Positions 32,079 through 42,149 of a stretch of DNA of 64,000 nucleotides are shown in pieces. How positions within the stretch are numbered: the stretch's first letter is position 1; each line of letters opens with the position of its first letter. This DNA comes from Bacteroidales bacterium (GTDB lineage Bacteria; Bacteroidota; Bacteroidia; Bacteroidales; PUMT01), in NCBI GenBank assembly GCA_007135095.1, contig SLJO01000086.1, forward strand, positions 5,011 to 69,010. The letters are read 5' to 3'. The translations under genes and the position numbers were made by a program. Below the pieces are notes generated by a model, which was given only the letters and a program-made list of their open reading frames with translations, was not told where the DNA came from and made no database searches.

Positions 32079-32780
32079 ATGGCATTTCTCGTTTTGGAGG
32101 GCCTCGATGGTTCAGGTAAATCCACACAGAACAGGTTACTCCGCGGATATCTTGATGAAAAAAACATAAAATACAAATACCTGCATTTCCCCCGTACCGG
32201 TCACGGCATATTTGGCGAACTTATTGCGATGTTCCTGCGCGGAGAACTCGGGAAGATTGGTGAAGTCAATCCTTATCTGGCCTCACTTATTTACGCAGCC
32301 GACAGGGAGGATGCCAAATCCAGCCTGGAAAAATGGCTCTCTGAAGGTTATATGCTCCTGACGGACAGGTATGTCATTTCCAATATAGCATTTCAGTGTG
32401 CAAAACTCAAGACCGTTGAAGAAAGGCAAAAACTAAGGGAATGGATATTTCACCTTGAATATACCCATTACCGGATCCCCAGGCCCAACCTGAATATATA
32501 TCTCGATGTGCCCTTTGAATTTACCAGGGAAAAGCTAAGCGGACATCGCACCGGTAATGAACGGGAATACCTCAGGGGCAGCACTGACATTCATGAGGCC
32601 GATCTGGATTTCCAGCAAAAAGTAAGGCAGATATACATTGAAGAGGCAGAAAAAGAGGGCAGCCTCAGGCTGGTTTCCTGCCATGACGAAAAGCGGGGAA
32701 TGCTTAAACCCGAAGCAATTTTCAGCAGGCTGATCACCCTGCTCGAGGATGAGAACTTTTTTAGTTTGAATAAGAAATAG
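32079..32780 (+). CDS. tmk: thymidylate (dTMP) kinase family protein
   Basis: 233 aa. P-loop LEGLDGSGKSTQ and DRY motif (LTDRYVISNIAFQ). Confidence 0.75.
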   Translation: MAFLVLEGLDGSGKSTQNRLLRGYLDEKNIKYKYLHFPRTGHGIFGELIAMFLRGELGKIGEVNPYLASLIYAADREDAKSSLEKWLSEGYMLLTDRYVISNIAFQCAKLKTVEERQKLREWIFHLEYTHYRIPRPNLNIYLDVPFEFTREKLSGHRTGNEREYLRGSTDIHEADLDFQQKVRQIYIEEAEKEGSLRLVSCHDEKRGMLKPEAIFSRLITLLEDENFFSLNKK

Positions 32781-32791
32781 TTAATGGCAGA

Positions 32792-34123
32792 TTGGCACGT
32801 TATATGTTGATGAGCAAAAAATTTATCAGAACTGTTATGTCCGATATAAGAATGCCTGGTGTTTTTTTGAATTTTTCCAGATTCCTGGCAGGGATCGTCT
32901 TTGTTTATTCCGGATTTGTCAAAGGTATTGATCCGCTGGGATCCACCTACAAGTTTGCAGATTATTTTGTGGCGTTCAATATTGAATTTCTGGAGCCTTT
33001 TGCCCTGGCACTGTCGGTGCTTTTATCGTCAGCTGAAATGCTTATAGGGGTAATGCTGCTCGCAGGTGTCTCCATGGCCATCGCCACGTGGGCCGTTCTT
33101 CTGTTTATGGGGTTTTTCACTATACTGACCTTTTTTATAGCACTCACCGACCCGGTAGCAGACTGTGGCTGCTTTGGCGACGCGATTATTCTGACCAACT
33201 GGGAAACATTCTGGAAAAATGTTGTTTTAATGGGTCTTGTTATAAATCTTTTCATCCAGCGCAAAAAATTCAAGCCATTCTTTGCCGGAAAAACCATTGA
33301 GTTGGGAACCGTGGCAGGTTTTCTGATTATCATACTTGCAATATCGTTCTATTCCTACAGGAATTTACCGCTGATTGACTACCGGCCATTCCATACAGGT
33401 GCCGATATAGTTGAAAAAATGAGTGTTCCGCCGGATGCCCCTTCTGATGAGTATGAAATCACACTGTATTATGAAAAAGAGGGAGAGGTAAAGGCATTTT
33501 CCGTTGATGAAATACCCGATTCATCATGGGAATGGGTAAGCACTGAAAGCACTCTTATAAGCAGGGGGTATGAACCTCCCATAACCAATTTCCAAATTGA
33601 ATCTGTTAGAGAGGAAATCGATTATACCCATGATATTCTCGAAAATACAGGATATACCTTTATTCTGATATCCTATGATCTTGAAAAAAGCTCGAAAAAA
33701 AACATAACCGGTATAAACCGGCTAGCCAGCTGGTCATCAGCACAGGGAGTCGGATTTATATGCCTTACCGCCAGCCCTGAACCACAGATCGATGATTTTA
33801 CTGAAAGAACGGGTGCGATGTATGAATTCTACCATACCGATGAAATCACCCTCAAAACAATTATCAGGAGCAATCCCGGATTATTGCTTATCAGGGAAGG
33901 CACCATCCTGGGCAAGTGGCATTACAGGAATATTCCCCATGCCGATGAGCTCAGCGACAACCTCCTCTCCTGGTCAGTTGGTTTACAGCAGGATTCAAGG
34001 AACAGCCTGGTTACTCTCGGATTTATTCTCGCACTTATGCTTATCCTGGCATTGCTAAGGGCCTTCAGGCCGGTTACCGGGAACCCCTTTGCCAGATCAC
34101 AAAAAGTGGAAAAAAAACATTAA
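32792..34123 (+). CDS. DoxX-like integral membrane protein with C-terminal thioredoxin-like/periplasmic domain (BT_3928-like); start uncertain
   Basis: 443 aa. The N-terminal part has 4-5 TM helices (FVYSGFVKGIDPLG, CGCFGD), followed by a soluble domain and a final TM. The called start is TTG; in-frame ATGs follow at 32804 and 32810. Confidence 0.55.
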   Translation: MARYMLMSKKFIRTVMSDIRMPGVFLNFSRFLAGIVFVYSGFVKGIDPLGSTYKFADYFVAFNIEFLEPFALALSVLLSSAEMLIGVMLLAGVSMAIATWAVLLFMGFFTILTFFIALTDPVADCGCFGDAIILTNWETFWKNVVLMGLVINLFIQRKKFKPFFAGKTIELGTVAGFLIIILAISFYSYRNLPLIDYRPFHTGADIVEKMSVPPDAPSDEYEITLYYEKEGEVKAFSVDEIPDSSWEWVSTESTLISRGYEPPITNFQIESVREEIDYTHDILENTGYTFILISYDLEKSSKKNITGINRLASWSSAQGVGFICLTASPEPQIDDFTERTGAMYEFYHTDEITLKTIIRSNPGLLLIREGTILGKWHYRNIPHADELSDNLLSWSVGLQQDSRNSLVTLGFILALMLILALLRAFRPVTGNPFARSQKVEKKH

Positions 34124-34175
34124 ATTAGCAGTCATTTACGATCCGATTCATAAATTAACAGATAAAAAAAAGATC

Positions 34176-34931
34176 ATGAGAAGAAAAATTGTAGCCGGGA
34201 ACTGGAAAATGAACACGGTGATTCAGGATGGACTGGATCTGGCAGAAAGTGTTAAAAAAAACGCAGAAAAGGGATTGCCCGAAAATGTTATGCTGATACT
34301 GGCCCCACCATTCACTCACCTGGCCGGATTAAAAAATATTTTGCCTGATAATATCGGGCTTGCAGCACAAAATTGCGCATCAGAAGAGTCAGGTGCCTTT
34401 ACAGGTGAAGTATCGGCTGCTATGGTGGCCTCTTCAGGCGCAAATTACGTTATTATCGGCCATTCCGAAAGAAGGCTGTATTTCAAGGAAACTGACCCCG
34501 AACTAAACAAGAAAATCAAACTGGCCCTTGCCAGCCAGTTGTCACCCATTTTCTGCTGTGGTGAAAACCTGCATGAACGTGAAAAAGGAATTCATACTGA
34601 AGTGGTCAAAAAGCAGATTGAACTTGGACTGTCTGATATTCCGGAAGCCGATTTTAAAAGGATAATAATTGCCTATGAGCCGGTATGGGCTATAGGCACT
34701 GGCAAAACAGCAACCCCCGACCAGGCACAGGATATGCATCTGTACATCAGGACACAGATAAAGGAAATGTATGGGGAAGAAACGGCCGGTAATACCAGTA
34801 TCCTTTACGGGGGCAGTTGTAACCCATCGAACGCCAGGGAATTATTTGCAAACAGCGATGTTGATGGCGGACTTATTGGTGGTGCTTCCCTTAAGGCAGA
34901 TGACTTTCTGGCAATTGCCCGTTCATTTTGA
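34176..34931 (+). CDS. tpiA: triosephosphate isomerase
   Basis: Blocks AGNWKMN, IIGHSERR and AYEPVWAIGTG. The ATG at 34176 (MRRKIVAGNWKMN) is preferred over the upstream start called at 34089. Confidence 0.95.
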   Translation: MRRKIVAGNWKMNTVIQDGLDLAESVKKNAEKGLPENVMLILAPPFTHLAGLKNILPDNIGLAAQNCASEESGAFTGEVSAAMVASSGANYVIIGHSERRLYFKETDPELNKKIKLALASQLSPIFCCGENLHEREKGIHTEVVKKQIELGLSDIPEADFKRIIIAYEPVWAIGTGKTATPDQAQDMHLYIRTQIKEMYGEETAGNTSILYGGSCNPSNARELFANSDVDGGLIGGASLKADDFLAIARSF

Positions 34932-35000
34932 TAACATTTTCCGATATTCAGCGTATAACTCCACATAATTCCGGAGTTATGCCATCAGAAAAAATCGTAC

Positions 35001-35029
35001 GCCTCCGGATCAGCCGGGGGCTTTTTTTT
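35001..35029 (+). terminator. rho-independent terminator downstream of tpiA
   Basis: 8-bp stem GCCTCCGG (35001-35008) / CCGGGGGC (35014-35021) with one G-U pair and a 5-nt loop, followed by T8 (35022-35029). Confidence 0.75.
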
Positions 35030-35137
35030 GCATCTGCCGGCAAATAATAATAAATTTATGCCCGGCCAGCCATTCCGGTATTGTAAGGCAAAATAAATAA
35101 GTGTGCCGCCATAAAAACAAAAACAACATACATAGAG

Positions 35138-35941
35138 TTGAAATGTTTTGTTTCCAGCCTGGGAGCAGAAGCCACTGAAATCCTGACGGCCCGGTTGTTC
35201 AGGCTTGGTTTCGAAGGCTTTTGGGAAGATGAGCAGGTGCTGACTGCCTATATCGACTCAGACAATTTTTCGCCGCAGTTGCTGGAAGGACTGGATGAAC
35301 TGAAGTACCAATACAGGCCCCTGGAAACAAAAAACTGGAATCAGGAATGGGAAAAAAACTTTTCACCGGTAGTTATAGCCGGCAAATGCCTGGTAAGGGC
35401 TCCGTTCCATCCTCCTCAGAAAAATATCCCGCTGGAAGTAATAATTGAGCCGAAAATGGCATTTGGAACAGGCCACCATCCTACCACAGAAATGATCGCC
35501 GGTTACATTTTGACAGTTGAACTAAAAGGAACCTTCCTTTTTGACATGGGCTGCGGAACAGGCATTTTGGGAATTATTGCCCGTAAGGCAGGTGCCGATA
35601 AGGTGGTAATGGCAGATAATGATCCTGAGGCCGTTGCCAATGCACGTGAAAATATTTCGCTAAACAGGGTGGATAATATTAAAATCTGTCACGGGGGCAG
35701 CGAAATACTAAAAAACAAAACCCCGGGGATAATCACGGCAAACATAACCCGTACCGTTCTCCTTAATCATATGGCTGTGTATTTCAGTTCACTGAAGGCC
35801 GGCGGCACCCTGGTAATAAGCGGTATTATTGACCCCGATTATAATGAAATATTAAAGAGCGCCCGGGAGCAGGGTTTCGGTCTGAAAGAAATAAACCGGA
35901 GGCGGGAATGGCTGATGCTTGTTTTTGTCAAACCGGAATAA
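35138..35941 (+). CDS. prmA: ribosomal protein L11 methyltransferase
   Basis: 267 aa from a TTG start. Blocks FGTGHHPTT and DMGCGTGILGI. Confidence 0.85.
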   Translation: MKCFVSSLGAEATEILTARLFRLGFEGFWEDEQVLTAYIDSDNFSPQLLEGLDELKYQYRPLETKNWNQEWEKNFSPVVIAGKCLVRAPFHPPQKNIPLEVIIEPKMAFGTGHHPTTEMIAGYILTVELKGTFLFDMGCGTGILGIIARKAGADKVVMADNDPEAVANARENISLNRVDNIKICHGGSEILKNKTPGIITANITRTVLLNHMAVYFSSLKAGGTLVISGIIDPDYNEILKSAREQGFGLKEINRRREWLMLVFVKPE

Positions 35942-35951
35942 ATAGCTGAGC

Positions 35952-38900
35952 ATGCAAAAGAAACTACCCTATATACTCCTGTTGCTCATTGTCCTTTCCT
36001 GTCAGAATTCCTTTTCCCAGGCTGCAAGGGAGTTTACACCCGATCCATCGTTGTTTGCAGGTGAAATCACCGGTTTTATGGGGCCGAACCTTACCGGCGA
36101 CCAATCCTTAAAGCTTGAAGAATTTATCGGCCAGTGGGACTCGGCTATGTTTAATACAACCGAAATGCAGGCGATTATACACACCGCCAATCTGCTCCGG
36201 GCAAGGAATGCACGACCCCTCCCCCACATGCTAAATTATCTTGATATGCTTAATTCCTTCAGCGAGCATGATCCGGGCCGGCGTCATTATGCCGTCTGGC
36301 AGAAGGCATTCACCTGCCTCCTGGAGAAGGGCAGCCTGCCCATGGGAAATATCAATGAATTGATGCTGCTGATGGGCGGACTGGTTTCTCAAAATATGCT
36401 GTACAGGTCAGTTGCCGTTAACTGGGAGGTTTCCGAACCAAATTTCTCCCTTGTTTTTGATGATTCCCTCCGGATAGTATTTCCTGAAACTGATCTGAGA
36501 GGATATAACCATATTGACACACTTACTGTATTCAGAACTTCCGGCACCCTGTGTCCCCTGTCCCTTACATGGAAAGGCCGGGGGGGCAGGGTTACCTGGG
36601 AACGGGCAGGGCTTGATGCCCGGGAAGCTTATGCGGTACCTGCCGGTTACACTATTGATCTCAAAAGATCGGAATATAGTGCTGATTCAGCAGCATTCAA
36701 TTTCAACCGCTACTTTCAGCTGCCTATCCCGGGCAAACTGACAGACAGGGTTATGACTTCAACCAGTTCACGAAATGCCTCCTATCCCAGGTTTTCATCC
36801 TACAGGCAGGAATTTAAAATAAGGGAAATATACCCCGGTATTGATTACGAGGGAGGCCTGAGCATGAATGGTGCCAGGCTCATAGGTTCAGGAGGAGAAG
36901 AAGAAAATGCCAGGCTTGTTTTTCACCGTGATGGCGAAATAAGCCTGAAGGCTGAATCCAGGCATTTTGTATTCAGTCCCCAGGGTGTCAGTTCGTTAAA
37001 TACAAGCATAGTTTTCTATCTTGAAAATGACTCGTTGTTTCACCCTGACCTGCACCTGAATTACATAGACAATTCCAGGGAACTGTCACTGAATCAAAAT
37101 GACAAGGTCATTTCCCAGAGTCCATGGGATAATCATTTCCACAAGATTGATATGAGTTTTGCGCAGCTTCTCTGGAAGATCGATGAGCCGGAACTGATAT
37201 TCACAATGCCAAGGGCAAGCTCCATCGGCAGCGCTAACTTCAAATCGCTGAATTTTTTTGACCGCCAGCATTACCAGCGACTTCAGGGCATGGATATGAA
37301 TCACCCCCTTCTTCAGCTGAGAACCTTTGCAGGTGCACATGATTCGGGTGCATTCCCGGCAGAGGATTATGCAAAGTACCTGAGGATGCCTCTTCCAAGA
37401 GTAAGACATCAACTGCTGGAACTGACGCTCGGGGGATTTATTTTTTACGACACCGATACCGACCTGGTCAGGACAAGGCAGAAACTTTACGATTACCTGC
37501 TGGCAAATATAAGGCGTATCGATTACGATATAATAGATTTCTCATCCACTACCAGTGCACCACAGGCAAACGCCATACTCAATCTTAACAGCCATGAACT
37601 GAAGATTAACGGTATACCACGCGTTCATATCAGCAATACGCAGAATGTTAATCTTTTCCCTGAAAACGATTCGATAATTATGCGAAGAAACAGGAATTTC
37701 ATGTTCGATGGCACCATCAACGCCGGAAATCTCAGCTTCTTCGGCACCAATTTTGCATTTGATTACGACAGGTTCATCATAACCCTCCAGAATGTTGACT
37801 CATTAAGCATGCGCGTTCCCCTGGATGAAACAAACCTGCTGGGTCAGGCAAGACTGGTAAATGTAAGAAACCTTATCAGGAGTGTTAGCGGTGAACTTTC
37901 GGTTGACAAACCTTTTAATAAATCAGGCAGGGTAAGCCACCCTGATTATCCTAAATTCAGCAGCACGGGAAACTCTTATGTTTTTTACGATCAACCTCAC
38001 ATACATAAGGGTGTGTATCGACAGGAGGATTTTTATTTTAAGCTATACCCTTTTACGCTTGACAGCCTTAACTCATTCAGTAATGAGGAACTGCGATTCA
38101 AAGGAAGCCTTGCCTCTGCAGGAATATTTCCTGATATTGAAGACATGCTTACCATCCAGGATGATTTCTCGCTTGGCATAAACCATACCACCCCGGAAAC
38201 GGGACTGCCGGTTTACAATGGCAAAGGAGCATTTTACCACGACCTTCATCTAAGCAATGCCGGATTAAGGGGCAGCGGTAAGATTGATTACCTGACCTCG
38301 GTACTTTATTCGGAAGATTTCCTGTTCCTGCCTGATTCAATGAATACAACAACAAATGATTTCTTTGTGCAAAAGCAGATAACTGGAATTCAGTTTCCTG
38401 CTGTAAGTTCACAAAATAATCCTGTACAGTGGCTGCCTGGTGAAGACCTGATGGTTGTGTTACAGAAAGACAGGGCATTCAGCATGTTCAATGATCAGGC
38501 CGAACTGAATGGATCGCTGAATATCACCCCCTCGGGTATGAGTGGTTCCGGAACATTCAATCTCGAAAATGCTGTAGTTTCATCAGAAGACTATTTTTTC
38601 AGGGCCGAATCCTTAAATGCCGGCAACAGCAGCTTTGTCCTCCGCAACCCTGACAAGACAGCTGTTACACTGCATGCCGGCGGACTGGACTCGTTCATTG
38701 ATCTTGAAATGCGCAGAGGAGAATTCTCCATCAGCCGGGGCAGTGGCATGGTTACATTGCCGGTGAATGAGTTTATGGCTGATGTGGATGGTTTTACATG
38801 GGAAATAGACAAACAGGCATTTGAGCTTACTTCTTCCAGAATCCATCCCGCCAGCGGTCTGACCGGTGCCGAATATATTTCCAAAAGGAATGGACAGGAT

Positions 38901-40469
38901 TCCCTGAGGTTTGTTTCACCTTTTGTCGTATTGGATTCCAGAAACCATTTATTGCAGGCAAGCGAAGTTAAACATCTTGAAATTGCTGATGCCACTATAT
39001 TCCCTGCTGATGAAACAATACATATAGGTGCAAATGCAGAAATTTTTCCACTTAAAGATGCCCGGGTGGTTGCCGGAACCGGATCCTTCCACGAGATCCA
39101 CAATGCTGAACTGAATATAACGGCAAGAAATAAATACACGGGGTCAGGCGATTATGATTACCTGGATGAGATGAATGAAATTCTGACAATCCATTTCAGC
39201 AAAATATCAGTCAATGAAGACTCCGAAACTGTTGCCTCGGGAAGCATTGAAGAAGAGGATAACTTCAAGCTGAGCCCTGATTTTACCTTTAAGGGAGAGG
39301 CAGAAATGATCGCCTCCCGGCCACACCTGAACTTCAAAGGCTCAGTGAGGGCAACTCATAATTGTGACGGCCTGGATGATCACTGGCTGGCTTTTGAACA
39401 TGTTCTGGATCCAATGGACATAATGATCCCCGTGCCTGCCCAGCCGGTTTCCGGTGATCGCCTGAGGCTTTATTCCGGGGTCCTTGTAGCAACTGATTCA
39501 GTACATGTATATCCCGCTTTTTTCTCAGAGAGGAAGAATTATGCCGACCAGCTAATTGTCAGGGCGGAGGGATATATGAAATTTGACAAGGCTTCGGGTG
39601 AATACAGGATCGCTTCAATTGATAAGTTCAGGGATCCTTCACTGCCGGGCAATCAAGTCAGCCTTAACCCGAAGGAGTGTCTTCTCCGGGGAGAGGGGGA
39701 GCTGGAGCTTGGTGTGGCATTCGGCCAACTCAAGCTTAATGCTGTTGGCACGGTACATAATAATATAAACGAGAACCAGACCAATATCGAGGGTATAGTG
39801 ACCCTGGATTTCCCGTTTTCGGAAGATGCCCTGGCGCTGATTGCCCGTGAGGCCGACAGCCTGCCGGGTCAGCCAATGGACTCAGGGAATTATTATTTTG
39901 ACAGGGGACTTAACGAGTTGCTCGGACAGGAAAGGGCAGAGCAATTCAGGTCATCGCCATCAAGGGAGGGCAGGCAGGCAAGGCTTCCTGAAGAGTTGCA
40001 GAAAACAATCGTTCTCTCACATGTTAGTCTCCGCTGGGACAAGCAAAGCCGTTCTTATGTTTCTCAGGGTAAAATAGGGATAGCTAACATAAACGGAGTG
40101 GCTGTAAATAAAATGTTTACCGGGTACCTTGAGATAACCAAGCGCAGGTCGGGTGATTATCTGGATTTCTATGTTGAGCTGGAAAATAATAACTGGTATT
40201 ATTTCGGCTATACCCGGGGATTAATGCAGGCATATTCATCCAACCGGGCATTTGTTAATATAATTGACGACATGGCCCTTAGGCACAGGAGGGACAGAGG
40301 CCCTTCACGGGAAGAGAGATATGTCTATATGCTGGCCTCAAATACCAAACTTGAGCAGTTTTTCAGAACCTACCACAGGCATATGGAAAATAAGGACGAT
40401 CATGTGACCCGGGTTGAGGCAGAAGGTGAACAGGATGAACCTGAGCAAATGACCGGGGGAGAGCGGTAA
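35952..40469 (+). CDS. very large (1505 aa) predicted lipoprotein of unknown function
   Basis: The N-terminus MQKKLPYILLLLIVLSCQN has a lipobox-like LSC. I recognise no catalytic motif. The C-terminal tail is acidic (EAEGEQDEPEQ). It lies 10 nt downstream of prmA. Confidence 0.6.
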   Translation: MQKKLPYILLLLIVLSCQNSFSQAAREFTPDPSLFAGEITGFMGPNLTGDQSLKLEEFIGQWDSAMFNTTEMQAIIHTANLLRARNARPLPHMLNYLDMLNSFSEHDPGRRHYAVWQKAFTCLLEKGSLPMGNINELMLLMGGLVSQNMLYRSVAVNWEVSEPNFSLVFDDSLRIVFPETDLRGYNHIDTLTVFRTSGTLCPLSLTWKGRGGRVTWERAGLDAREAYAVPAGYTIDLKRSEYSADSAAFNFNRYFQLPIPGKLTDRVMTSTSSRNASYPRFSSYRQEFKIREIYPGIDYEGGLSMNGARLIGSGGEEENARLVFHRDGEISLKAESRHFVFSPQGVSSLNTSIVFYLENDSLFHPDLHLNYIDNSRELSLNQNDKVISQSPWDNHFHKIDMSFAQLLWKIDEPELIFTMPRASSIGSANFKSLNFFDRQHYQRLQGMDMNHPLLQLRTFAGAHDSGAFPAEDYAKYLRMPLPRVRHQLLELTLGGFIFYDTDTDLVRTRQKLYDYLLANIRRIDYDIIDFSSTTSAPQANAILNLNSHELKINGIPRVHISNTQNVNLFPENDSIIMRRNRNFMFDGTINAGNLSFFGTNFAFDYDRFIITLQNVDSLSMRVPLDETNLLGQARLVNVRNLIRSVSGELSVDKPFNKSGRVSHPDYPKFSSTGNSYVFYDQPHIHKGVYRQEDFYFKLYPFTLDSLNSFSNEELRFKGSLASAGIFPDIEDMLTIQDDFSLGINHTTPETGLPVYNGKGAFYHDLHLSNAGLRGSGKIDYLTSVLYSEDFLFLPDSMNTTTNDFFVQKQITGIQFPAVSSQNNPVQWLPGEDLMVVLQKDRAFSMFNDQAELNGSLNITPSGMSGSGTFNLENAVVSSEDYFFRAESLNAGNSSFVLRNPDKTAVTLHAGGLDSFIDLEMRRGEFSISRGSGMVTLPVNEFMADVDGFTWEIDKQAFELTSSRIHPASGLTGAEYISKRNGQDSLRFVSPFVVLDSRNHLLQASEVKHLEIADATIFPADETIHIGANAEIFPLKDARVVAGTGSFHEIHNAELNITARNKYTGSGDYDYLDEMNEILTIHFSKISVNEDSETVASGSIEEEDNFKLSPDFTFKGEAEMIASRPHLNFKGSVRATHNCDGLDDHWLAFEHVLDPMDIMIPVPAQPVSGDRLRLYSGVLVATDSVHVYPAFFSERKNYADQLIVRAEGYMKFDKASGEYRIASIDKFRDPSLPGNQVSLNPKECLLRGEGELELGVAFGQLKLNAVGTVHNNINENQTNIEGIVTLDFPFSEDALALIAREADSLPGQPMDSGNYYFDRGLNELLGQERAEQFRSSPSREGRQARLPEELQKTIVLSHVSLRWDKQSRSYVSQGKIGIANINGVAVNKMFTGYLEITKRRSGDYLDFYVELENNNWYYFGYTRGLMQAYSSNRAFVNIIDDMALRHRRDRGPSREERYVYMLASNTKLEQFFRTYHRHMENKDDHVTRVEAEGEQDEPEQMTGGER

Positions 40470-40470
40470 C

Positions 40471-40504
40471 CCGGGGATTTATGTGCGGTACCCCGGAAGT
40501 TTTT
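40471..40504 (+). terminator. probable terminator after the 1505-aa ORF
   Basis: Stem CCGGGG (40471-40476) / CCCCGG (40491-40496) with a 14-nt loop, then AAG plus T5 (40500-40504). Confidence 0.45.
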
Positions 40505-40518
40505 GAATAAAAGCGGGA

Positions 40519-41034
40519 TTATGGTGTCCGGATAACGGGATTTCGCCGGAGTTCAATTATCTCCATGTCAAATATGCGTTCCCTGTCAATTACAAACCGA
40601 AGGGCTGTCTGCACCCTGTGGATACCGGACTTGCCAGCTGCGCCGGGGTTTATATGGAGCAGGCCCAGCTTCTGGTCATTCATGACTTTAAGTATGTGGG
40701 AATGGCCGCAAATAAAAAGTTTCGGTGGTGATTCAATCAGACTTTTTCGCACTGAAACATCATACTTTCCGGGATATCCTCCAATATGGGTCATCCATAC
40801 ATCAACCCCCTCGCAAAGAAACCTTTGATGGGCCGGATACACTTTCCTTATCTCATAACTGTCTATATTCCCATATACTGCCTTCAGGGGCCTGAGAGAT
40901 GCAAGTTTACCGGCAACCTCCAGGGTGCCTATATCGCCGGCATGCCAGATTTCATCGCAGGAACTAAGAAAATCTGTCAGTCGTTCATCAAAAAATCCAT
41001 GGGTATCGGACAAACACCCTATTTTTGTAGTCAT
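40519..41034 (-). CDS. YfcE/MJ0936-family metallophosphoesterase
   Basis: 171 aa. Motifs are DTHG, GDIG, GNID and GHSH in the canonical order. Confidence 0.8.
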   Translation of the reverse strand: MTTKIGCLSDTHGFFDERLTDFLSSCDEIWHAGDIGTLEVAGKLASLRPLKAVYGNIDSYEIRKVYPAHQRFLCEGVDVWMTHIGGYPGKYDVSVRKSLIESPPKLFICGHSHILKVMNDQKLGLLHINPGAAGKSGIHRVQTALRFVIDRERIFDMEIIELRRNPVIRTP

Positions 41035-41103
41035 AAAAAGTACTAATTTTGATCCACTGAAAATGAGCTATATAATTTATATTTCACAATATACCTTTTA
41101 TCA

Positions 41104-41811
41104 ATGCATTTATTTTACTATCCCCTCATTGACCAAAACTTTTTCACCCTGGACAGGAGCGAATCGGCGCATTGCGTCAGGGTGCTGAGACTGGGAAAAG
41201 ATGATATTATTTACCTTACAGACGGCAAGGGCAAACTTTGCAAGGCTAAGATAATAAATCCGGACAAAAAAGCCTGTGTTACAGAAATAACAGAAACAAC
41301 GATAATTCCTCCGGAAAGAGATTTTTCACTTGAAATTGCGATTTCGCCCACCAAAAATATCGAGCGCTTTGAATGGTTCCTGGAAAAAGCAACAGAAATA
41401 GGTGTAGACAGGATTATACCACTCTTGTGCAATAATTCTGAACGCAGGATAATAAAAAGTGAAAGATTAAAAAAGGTTATGATTTCGGCAATGAAACAAT
41501 CACTTAAGGCATGGCTGCCTGAGTTGACTTCATTTTCAGGCTTTGAAGAACTCCTGGAACGGCCATTTAACGGAAACCGTTTTATTGCAACGGGAGATGC
41601 TCATCCGCGCGATCAGCATCTGGGCAGAATGTACAAAAAAGGGTCCGGGGTTTTAATACTGATAGGTCCGGAAGGAGATTTTCAGGAAGAGGAGATGCTT
41701 ATGGCAGCAAAGCACAGCTGCAGTCCCGTAAGCCTGGGAGCGGGCCGGTTGCGCACTGAAACGGCTGGCCTTGTCGCCTGTCATACCGTTAACCTTTTGA
41801 ACAGCCTGTGA
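41104..41811 (+). CDS. rsmE: 16S rRNA (uracil1498-N3)-methyltransferase RsmE
   Basis: 235 aa. The N-terminal PUA-like segment (HCVRVLRL) and the C-terminal SPOUT knot (LIGPEGDF...LGAGRLRTETA) are present. Confidence 0.85.
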   Translation: MHLFYYPLIDQNFFTLDRSESAHCVRVLRLGKDDIIYLTDGKGKLCKAKIINPDKKACVTEITETTIIPPERDFSLEIAISPTKNIERFEWFLEKATEIGVDRIIPLLCNNSERRIIKSERLKKVMISAMKQSLKAWLPELTSFSGFEELLERPFNGNRFIATGDAHPRDQHLGRMYKKGSGVLILIGPEGDFQEEEMLMAAKHSCSPVSLGAGRLRTETAGLVACHTVNLLNSL

Positions 41812-41819
41812 TCGGGGAA

Positions 41820-42035
41820 TCAGTATCCTGACCTGGACTGTTTTACAGCGTACTCAATGAGATTTTGAACAACAGACTTTCTTACATCAAAGCACTGTCT
41901 GTCGAGAAATGCGTACACATCACTGAAGGCCCCGTTTCGACCGGAAGCATAGGAATTCAGGTCGTTCAGCTCCGGATAATCTTTAGCAAGATCATCGGAG
42001 GTATAAAGAAAATAGTAAACTTTTTTCATAGGCAT
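41820..42035 (-). CDS. hypothetical small protein (71 aa)
   Basis: ORF only, with no recognisable motif and no TM segment. It lies downstream of the ECF sigma gene but is separated from it by a strong hairpin. Confidence 0.35.
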   Translation of the reverse strand: MPMKKVYYFLYTSDDLAKDYPELNDLNSYASGRNGAFSDVYAFLDRQCFDVRKSVVQNLIEYAVKQSRSGY

Positions 42036-42065
42036 TTTAACAACTTTTAACAGGCTTTAATGCAA

Positions 42066-42115
42066 AAACGAAAGTTGGAAGATTTTAGTATTACAAACTC
42101 TGCCAACTTTCGTTT
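42066..42115 (-). terminator. 13-bp hairpin (terminator or attenuator) between the ECF sigma gene and the 71-aa ORF
   Basis: AAACGAAAGTTGG (42066-42078) pairs perfectly with CCAACTTTCGTTT (42103-42115), with a 24-nt loop. On the minus strand the stem runs into TTTTT (CGTTTTTGCA). On the plus strand a T6 follows at 42125-42130. Confidence 0.6.
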
Positions 42116-42149
42116 CAAAAACCTGTTTTTTGATAAAAGCCGTAAAATC

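Noticed and set aside
34089-34175. Long N-terminal extension of tpiA overlapping the end of the DoxX-like gene
   Set aside because: The canonical TpiA N-terminus (MRRKIVAGNWKMN) starts at the ATG at 34176. The upstream 29 codons are Lys-rich filler that overlap the preceding gene.
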